14,121 bases of DNA from Promethearchaeota archaeon (GTDB lineage: Archaea > Asgardarchaeota > Lokiarchaeia > Sigyniarchaeales > SOKP01), in the NCBI GenBank assembly GCA_013375475.1, contig JABXKD010000057.1, positions 1 to 14,121 on the forward strand, written 5' to 3'. A model generated the notes under the pieces. That model was not told the origin of the DNA, searched no databases, and saw only the letters and a list, made by a program, of their open reading frames with translations. Position numbers and translations under genes: made by a program. Every line of letters starts with the position of its first letter. Position 1 is the first letter of the stretch. This document shows, piece by piece, positions 8,353 through 14,121 of the stretch.

Positions 8353-9399
8353 GTGTTAAGTTTGATTGAAAAGATAATAGTTTTAGGGGGGAAAGGAGGA
8401 GTAGGTAAATCATCCATAAGTGCAGCTACGGCAGTATTATTATCAGATCTATTACCAGATAAGAAAATTCTCCTTATTTCTTTTGACATGGCACATAATT
8501 TATCAGATCTCCTATCAAAGGATATAGGAAACACGATTACTTCAATAACGAGTAATTTGTGGGCGATCGAACCAGATGCAAATGAATATGCAGAAATTTA
8601 CACTAAGGATTTAATTTATAAGATGAAAACTCTCACGAAACAGATGCCTTTAGTGGGTAGAATCCCACAAATTGAAGAATTCATTGATACTTCCTTTACT
8701 TCAGATTCAATACCCTTAGCTTTAAAAAATGCCATGTTTTTTCAAAAAATTTTAGACGCAGAAGATAAAGATTCTAAAGAGATACAATTTGATATCATTG
8801 TAGCTGATTTTCCTCCAACTGCTAATATGATTACTCTTTTTGAAATCCCTGAGGATCAGGTCAAAGTAGTCCTAAAATATTCGTTAAATTTCTATAACTC
8901 TATTAAAAGTGCGATGCGTAATTTTTCAAAGATGTTTAAACAGATTTTTAATCCCTTTGATGGCGAATATGAAAAAAGGAAGGAACTAGGAAATGAGATT
9001 TTTAACATGATAGTTGATCTTGAAAAGCGAGGGGAAAGAATCACTGATTTGATCCATAGTGTAGGATCATTAAGATTGGTTTCAATTGCTGAGAAACCAA
9101 GTTTTGAAGAAGTCAAACGAGCAAGAGATTTGACTAATAAATATATTAACCTCGATGCCGTTCACATTAATATGATAATTCCCAAGAAGCACGCGAAAAA
9201 GTGCGATTTTTGCAGTCAAATTTCCTCGATTCAGCAGCGATACTTATTAGAGATTAAGAATGAATTTAAAAATACAAAGATATGGGAGTCTAACAGACTT
9301 AAAGAAGAACCTATCGGATTAAATGGTTTGAGAACTCTTGCTAATGAAATTTATGGAGTCAATATTTATCCAGTTGATATTTTAAACCCTAAAATATAG
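8353..9399 (+). CDS. ArsA/GET3(TRC40)-family ATPase, single domain
   Basis: GGKGGVGKSS P-loop, SFDMAHNLSD switch I, LWAIE.D, DFPPTAN switch II-like, CDFC CxxC, EEPIGLNGL A-loop; GTG start. Confidence 0.9.
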   Translation: MLSLIEKIIVLGGKGGVGKSSISAATAVLLSDLLPDKKILLISFDMAHNLSDLLSKDIGNTITSITSNLWAIEPDANEYAEIYTKDLIYKMKTLTKQMPLVGRIPQIEEFIDTSFTSDSIPLALKNAMFFQKILDAEDKDSKEIQFDIIVADFPPTANMITLFEIPEDQVKVVLKYSLNFYNSIKSAMRNFSKMFKQIFNPFDGEYEKRKELGNEIFNMIVDLEKRGERITDLIHSVGSLRLVSIAEKPSFEEVKRARDLTNKYINLDAVHINMIIPKKHAKKCDFCSQISSIQQRYLLEIKNEFKNTKIWESNRLKEEPIGLNGLRTLANEIYGVNIYPVDILNPKI

Positions 9400-9422
9400 G
9401 GAAAAAAAATAAAAATAAAAAT

Positions 9423-9461
9423 TTGAGTTCCTTCTCATAGCCATGGATGTAGTTATATTAC
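9423..9461 (-). repeat. Degenerate copy of the ahcY 3' end (direct repeat of 10831-10870)
   Basis: ttgagttccttct-catagccatggatgtagttatattac vs ttaagttccttcttcgtagccgtggatgtacttatattgc: 34 of 40 positions match by hand, with one gap. Confidence 0.85.
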
Positions 9462-9501
9462 ATTCTATCCGATTTAGTTCTTTACCAAGGAAAGGATAAA
9501 A

Positions 9502-9520
9502 TAGGATATAGAATATCCTA
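9502..9520. repeat. Perfect 8-bp inverted repeat TAGGATAT-aga-ATATCCTA
   Basis: Read directly from the sequence; function unknown. Confidence 0.6.
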
Positions 9521-9676
9521 GCAATAATTAAGATAGTGTAGGGCAAAATTCCCCGGAATAATTAATAATTTCTAACTCCTTCTATTAAGATTTAACTATG
9601 ATTTTTCAAGTTTTCAACAACTAAGTTGAAATTCAATTTCTAAGTCGAAAATAGATGCATTTAAATATAAAAATTC

Positions 9677-9731
9677 TTTTTATATATATGCCATTATATG
9701 GCCATAAAGAGATCATAAAAGGATCATAAAT
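9677..9731 (+). promoter_or_regulatory. TATA-like box followed by four phased 11-bp imperfect repeats (candidate RHH operator)
   Basis: TTTTTATATA, then atgccattata / tggccataaag / agatcataaaa / ggatcataaat, with CAT at 9692, 9703, 9714 and 9725. Confidence 0.6.
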
Positions 9732-9769
9732 TTAAAAAAAAAAATAAGGAATAAAAAATGATAAAAAAT

Positions 9770-10162
9770 ATGGCAAAAAAGAAAGAAGAAGACAAAAGAA
9801 ATAAATTGATTAAAGTTTTAGTTACTGAACGATTTTTTAAAAAATTAAATAGATACGCGGGGTTAGCCTTTCAAAACAAATCCGAATTTATTCGGACAGC
9901 TATAAGACATAGAATTGCGGAAATAGATAAATCAATATTTTCCATACCAATGGATCCAAGATTTAATAATCAAAATCTCAGACGTTCAATTATGAAGGAA
10001 CTGAAAGATGCCCAAGAAAATACTAATTATTTGGAAAAACCTAGCGAGGATACTTTAAAAAAGCGAGAAGAAGAGAAGAAGAAGCGTAAGGAAGATTTGG
10101 AAGAAGAAAAGAAAACATTAGAAAAACAATTAGAAATTGTAAAGAAGAATCTTGAAAAATAA
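9770..10162 (+). CDS. Ribbon-helix-helix (CopG/MetJ/Arc-like) protein with C-terminal charged coiled coil
   Basis: LIKVLV strand, ERFFKKLNRYA helix, NKSEFIRTAIRHRI helix; E/K-rich heptad tail. Alternative ATG at 9758. Confidence 0.78.
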   Translation: MAKKKEEDKRNKLIKVLVTERFFKKLNRYAGLAFQNKSEFIRTAIRHRIAEIDKSIFSIPMDPRFNNQNLRRSIMKELKDAQENTNYLEKPSEDTLKKREEEKKKRKEDLEEEKKTLEKQLEIVKKNLEK

Positions 10163-10169
10163 GAGATTA

Positions 10170-10673
10170 TTAGGAATTCTTTACGGTAATTTCAACCTCA
10201 CAACAAGGATCTCCCAAAGGGATTTTCTTCTTATGTTCTAAAATAAAGTCATTTTCTGGAAAAGCGCCCTTTAGTAAGCCTCTAATACTTGCTAGTGTAA
10301 CCTTATGACAAGGAATTGCGTCCTGAGGCCATACTTTCTGAACCATTCTCCAAACTTCACATTCTAAAACTCTATGAATCATTTTGTTCTCATTAATAAC
10401 TTCTATTTCTGAATTCATATTCATAAGTGTATGTTGGATCTTCATTAGTTTTGGTATTGCTTTAGAGAAGTCACCTTTCAAACTCGTTATTGAAGCGATT
10501 TTCTTTCCCAACCTTTCAGAAAACATCTCCCATGCTTTTACATCTAATTCTGTCGCAGTTTCCAGACCAAGTTTTTCTACCGAAGCCATGAACCACGCAC
10601 CATCCAACCTGAGAAAAGAATATCTCATCAATTCTAGTAATTCTTCTAAATCTAAATCTATATTTTCTTTCAT
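10170..10673 (-). CDS. DUF6125-like protein (V4R/ATC-hydrolase-like Cys-containing fold)
   Basis: LDGAWF...VEK.G.E.A.ELD..AW N-terminal motif; ECEVW, PCH and DPCCE cysteines. Confidence 0.7.
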   Translation of the reverse strand: MKENIDLDLEELLELMRYSFLRLDGAWFMASVEKLGLETATELDVKAWEMFSERLGKKIASITSLKGDFSKAIPKLMKIQHTLMNMNSEIEVINENKMIHRVLECEVWRMVQKVWPQDAIPCHKVTLASIRGLLKGAFPENDFILEHKKKIPLGDPCCEVEITVKNS

Positions 10674-10830
10674 TTATAACACTAAATTATTTTTTTACTA
10701 GATTTTATTATTTGTTATTGAAGTAATTTAACAAAACTTAATTTAAATTTATGTACTTAGCCAAATTAAGGGAATTATATAAGATATTTGAAAAAAAGTA
10801 ATAATAATAAAAAAACTAAATAAAAATAGA

Positions 10831-12099
10831 TTAAGTTCCTTCTTCGTAGCCGTGGATGTACTTATATTGCTCATCGGTTAGTTTATCAATCTCAATACCC
10901 ATTGATTGAAGTTTTAAAATGCCTACTCTATCGTCAATATCAGATGGTACATCAACCATTCCTGGTTTTAAGTTTTTGCTATTTTTAACGATATATTCAG
11001 ACATTAGAGCTTGAAGACCAAATGACATGTCCATGACTTCGCTAGGATGCCCTTCAGAAAGTACTAAATTAGCTAACCTTCCTTTAGCTAGAAGATAAAT
11101 CTTTTTACCATCGGGAAAAATTAATTCTTCAACATCTCTACGAACTGGGTTTATTTCCTTAGCATACTCGTAAAGCTCCTTGGTTGGGACTTCAATATCG
11201 AAATGACCTAAATTTCCTAAAATAACACCATCCTTTAGTAGTCCAAACATTTCCTTGGTAGGGAGAATGACATGCTTACATCCAGTAGCAGTCAGAACAA
11301 TGTCAGCATTAGGAAGAGCTTCTGCTATCGGCATTACGTTGTACCCACTAAATTTAGCTTGGAGTGCTTTTATTGGATCGACTTCCGTTACAGTAACATT
11401 AGCACCTAATCCTCTCGCTCTTAAAGCCATTCCAGAGGAACAATGTCCGAATCCTGCTATGATCACGTTTTTCCCAGCAAATAAGACATGCATTCCATAT
11501 ATTGCAGCAACAATTCCTTGTCCAGTCCCTAATTCATTATCAAATTGATTTTTGCAACGCGCATCATTGACGGGAAATAATGGAACTTTTAAAGCCCCTT
11601 GCTTATCCATTGCTTTAAATCTTTTTACGCCTGTTGTTGTTTCTTCTTGACACGCGATAATAGTACCATTCTGAATCAATTCAGGAAATTCTTTATGAGC
11701 TGTAACAATCATATCAGCACCATCGTCTATAAGAATATTAGGCTTAGCCTTTAAACATTCTCTTATACACCAATAAAATTCTTCATCAGTATTCCCATGC
11801 CATGCAAATACATTAATTCCTTCCTTAACCAATGCAGCTGATACATCATCTTGTGTCGATAAAGGATTACTTCCACATAAATATACTTCTGCACCACCAG
11901 CTTTTAAAGTTCGAGCTAAATTTCCTGTTTCTTTTGTTATATGGAGGCATCCAGCGATAGTTATGCCTTTTAAGGGTTTTTCCCTTTCAAATCGTTCTCG
12001 AATAACTTTAGAAATGACGGGCATTTTATTTTCAGCTATATATAATGCTTCTTTACCTTGTTCTGCTAAACTTTCATCAGCAACTTTATAATTAACCAT
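10831..12099 (-). CDS. ahcY: S-adenosylhomocysteine hydrolase family protein
   Basis: GCLH.T.ET, SNPLSTQD, DDGAD, EETTTG, VND...K..FDN, VTEVDP, GHFD.E, GRL.NL, GHP.EVMDMSF motifs. Confidence 0.96.
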   Translation of the reverse strand: MVNYKVADESLAEQGKEALYIAENKMPVISKVIRERFEREKPLKGITIAGCLHITKETGNLARTLKAGGAEVYLCGSNPLSTQDDVSAALVKEGINVFAWHGNTDEEFYWCIRECLKAKPNILIDDGADMIVTAHKEFPELIQNGTIIACQEETTTGVKRFKAMDKQGALKVPLFPVNDARCKNQFDNELGTGQGIVAAIYGMHVLFAGKNVIIAGFGHCSSGMALRARGLGANVTVTEVDPIKALQAKFSGYNVMPIAEALPNADIVLTATGCKHVILPTKEMFGLLKDGVILGNLGHFDIEVPTKELYEYAKEINPVRRDVEELIFPDGKKIYLLAKGRLANLVLSEGHPSEVMDMSFGLQALMSEYIVKNSKNLKPGMVDVPSDIDDRVGILKLQSMGIEIDKLTDEQYKYIHGYEEGT

Positions 12100-12219
12100 A
12101 ATAACTCATTTTATAATTTTTTGTTGATATTATAACCAAAAGTTTTTCTTTTATATGAAAAGCTAAATTTTGTAAAATATATAAATGTTACATTCCTAAA
12201 ATAATCATAATATGTTAGT

Positions 12220-12234
12220 AAAAATGACATTTTT
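12220..12234. promoter_or_regulatory. 7-1-7 palindrome AAAAATG-A-CATTTTT in the ahcY/Lrp divergent spacer (candidate operator)
   Basis: Perfect inverted repeat; a related AATGT-T-ACATT lies at 12184-12194. Confidence 0.45.
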
Positions 12235-12275
12235 TGTATTTACCTTACTTCAAATTTATTTGAAGAGGTTTTTTT

Positions 12276-13217
12276 ATGGATAACTTGAGCTCTAATTTAA
12301 TAAATTTATTAAATTCTGAATCTAAAATCAAGATCTCAGAGATCTCTGAAAAATTAAATGTGTCTAGGAATACAATTAAGAGTAGATTAAGTAATTTAAA
12401 GAAGAATCACGTTATCGAAAATTTTTCCATCGTAAGTAATCCCAATATTTTGAATCAAGACTATGCCTTTATATTGATAAAAACTAATCCTCAAGAATAC
12501 ATGATTTTAGAAGAGTTGAAAAAAATCCCTCAAATTAAGATGGTAGATGGAATTTTTGGAGAATATTCATTATTAGTTAAATGCATTTTTAACAATAAAG
12601 AAGAATTTAATCAGACATTACAAAAGTTTGATTTTATTCTCTCGACTTATTCACGATTTAAAAAGTACAGAATTATTGAGGCAATCAAAATATATAAGAT
12701 AAATGGAATAAACTTAGCTAATATACCAGTTAAAAAAGATATGAAAATTGATGAAATTGATTACGCTATACTTCAGATACTAAATAACCAGCAACTAAAG
12801 TATAAAACTGCACATGATATCACGATTTCCCTAAGAGAACGAAATCTTGAAATCTCCCAATCAGGTGTATACAAAAGGATTAAATCTTTAGAAGATAATT
12901 ATGTGATTCTAAGACATGTCGCTAATTTTTATCCCAAAAGCCTTAATTTCTTAGGAAAATTTATATTAATGTTAAAACCAAAAGATCCAATAGAATATGG
13001 AAAATTTGCTGATAATTTTTTACAAAAATACCCCGAAATAAAAGAAATATACCGCACAGGAGAAGTATTTGCTTTACTTGCAATAGTGAGGGTAAAAAAG
13101 ATAGAAGATTATGGTAATTTATTACTGAATTTATATGATACAGATAAAATAGAGGATACTTACACATACTTCGTATTAGACGAACGGTATCCAACTAGCT
13201 TTCCAACACAATATTAA
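12276..13217 (+). CDS. Lrp/AsnC-family regulator with two fused HTH+RAM units
   Basis: Unit 1: ISEISEKLNVSRNTIKSRL..LKK..VI and IFGEYSLL. Unit 2: IDEIDYAIL..L, ISQSGVYKRIKSLE...VI and IYRTGE.F.LLA.VRV. Confidence 0.9.
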   Translation: MDNLSSNLINLLNSESKIKISEISEKLNVSRNTIKSRLSNLKKNHVIENFSIVSNPNILNQDYAFILIKTNPQEYMILEELKKIPQIKMVDGIFGEYSLLVKCIFNNKEEFNQTLQKFDFILSTYSRFKKYRIIEAIKIYKINGINLANIPVKKDMKIDEIDYAILQILNNQQLKYKTAHDITISLRERNLEISQSGVYKRIKSLEDNYVILRHVANFYPKSLNFLGKFILMLKPKDPIEYGKFADNFLQKYPEIKEIYRTGEVFALLAIVRVKKIEDYGNLLLNLYDTDKIEDTYTYFVLDERYPTSFPTQY

Positions 13218-13614
13218 TTATTAATTAATGGTTTTTTGAGTATTCTCTTTTTTTCACTATGTCTGTTTCTAGCGATTTTTAAATTTAATTTTAGAGGAGT
13301 TACCTTTAAGTGGCGCCGAGTTAACTTATTCGGAGATAGACAACCAAGCATTGATATATTCCAGTGACTGTTATTTAATTGTATTAAAATAATAGAAACT
13401 AATTCACTATCTGGATTATCCCAAAATTTGCCTTAAGTTTACACAAATTTTGTTATTTATTAGAAAAACTTGATACCAATTCAAATCTCACGTTCATTTT
13501 TAACCACTCTCTAATGATTTATATTTCATTTCAATTACATTTTTTTTATTAAGAATAATATCAATATTATAACATTTGAATTAAACAAAATCACATCATT
13601 GCGGGGAGTTTTAT

Positions 13615-14121
13615 ATATTTCGAGATATTGTAGACTTTATTAAAAAACCTATTTATGAGAAAATTGCAGTAATTGATATCGAGACGACCGATTTAAAACC
13701 AGAAAATGGCTTAATTATTGAGATTGGTATTGTTGAGCTCGACTTAATAACCGGAGAAACTAGAATATTATTTGATTCATTAGTAAAAGAATCCCCTTTT
13801 GGAGACATACATAGAAACGCATGGATTTTTTTTAACTCTGATTTGATATTCGAAGATGTCGTAAATGCACCTGCGTTAGATCATGTTAAAGACGAAATTC
13901 AAGAAATATTAAATCAATATTCATTAACAGCGTATAATAATGCTTTTGATTTTGGATTTATGGAATCAAGGGGTTTTACTATAAAAAAGGATATTCCAGA
14001 TATTATGACAGTAGCAAAAGAAGCGTGTAAAATTATGTATGTAAAGGGCGGTTATAAAAATCCAAAGATGCAAGAAGCTTGGGATAATTTCTTTCCCAAT
14101 ACTAATTATAGAGAGGCACAT
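13615..14121 (+). CDS. DEDDh (DnaQ-like) 3'-5' exonuclease, partial, start unclear
   Basis: Manual translation IAVIDIETTD...IIEIGIV...AYNNAFDFGFM...YREAH shows ExoI, ExoII and the start of ExoIII. It runs off the window, and no in-frame ATG/GTG/TTG precedes ExoI. Confidence 0.88.
   Translation, partial: MFRDIVDFIKKPIYEKIAVIDIETTDLKPENGLIIEIGIVELDLITGETRILFDSLVKESPFGDIHRNAWIFFNSDLIFEDVVNAPALDHVKDEIQEILNQYSLTAYNNAFDFGFMESRGFTIKKDIPDIMTVAKEACKIMYVKGGYKNPKMQEAWDNFFPNTNYREAH

Noticed and set aside
9688-9731. Tandem repeats as a mini-CRISPR
   Set aside because: Units are 11 nt and contiguous with no spacers, and there are no cas genes.
8353-10162. ATPase + repeats + RHH as a ParA-type partition system
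   Set aside because: The ATPase has ArsA/GET3 signatures rather than ParA ones, and lies outside the ahcY-derived repeat that bounds the RHH cassette.
93-13194. Other short overlapping ORFs (93-275, 4248-4466, 4778-4990, 5156-5404, 6392-6646, 6968-7153, 8340-8534, 8892-9116, 10384-10701, 11255-11548, 12961-13194)
   Set aside because: All lie within or antisense to well-supported genes and show no recognisable motifs.
13359-13370. TTCCAGTG resembling part of an ORB box (also TTCCAGT at 7747)
   Set aside because: Lacks the GAAA half-site and G-string, occurs singly at each place, and there is no cdc6/orc1 in the window.

Overview
Low-GC archaeal chromosomal segment. Gene content and protein style suggest an Asgard (Lokiarchaeia-like) archaeon; this is inference, no search was run. 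The left half is the conserved archaeal translation/secretion neighbourhood: nep1 (partial), rnp4/Rpp21 and yhbY on the minus strand, then rps19e, PDCD5-like, rpl39e (missed by the ORF track), rpl31e, eif6, rpl18a, pfdA, ftsY and secE on the plus strand. This block is interrupted by a stand-alone BRCT gene and a CocE/NonD hydrolase remnant. It is followed by an OsmC-like gene, archaeal dnaG, an AT-rich spacer, a GET3/ArsA-family ATPase, an RHH-coiled-coil protein with phased 11-bp upstream repeats, a DUF6125-like protein, a divergent ahcY, a tandem-fused Lrp/AsnC regulator and a partial DEDDh exonuclease. The most notable observations are: (i) a degenerate copy of the ahcY 3' end 1.4 kb downstream of ahcY, flanking the RHH + DUF6125 pair like an att scar; (ii) the phased repeats upstream of the RHH gene; (iii) two genes whose SD-like site points at ATT/ATA rather than ATG; (iv) a very acidic eL31 extension; (v) deviant motifs in the GET3-like ATPase and AhcY. 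No rRNA, tRNA, CRISPR array or intact transposase/integrase was seen.
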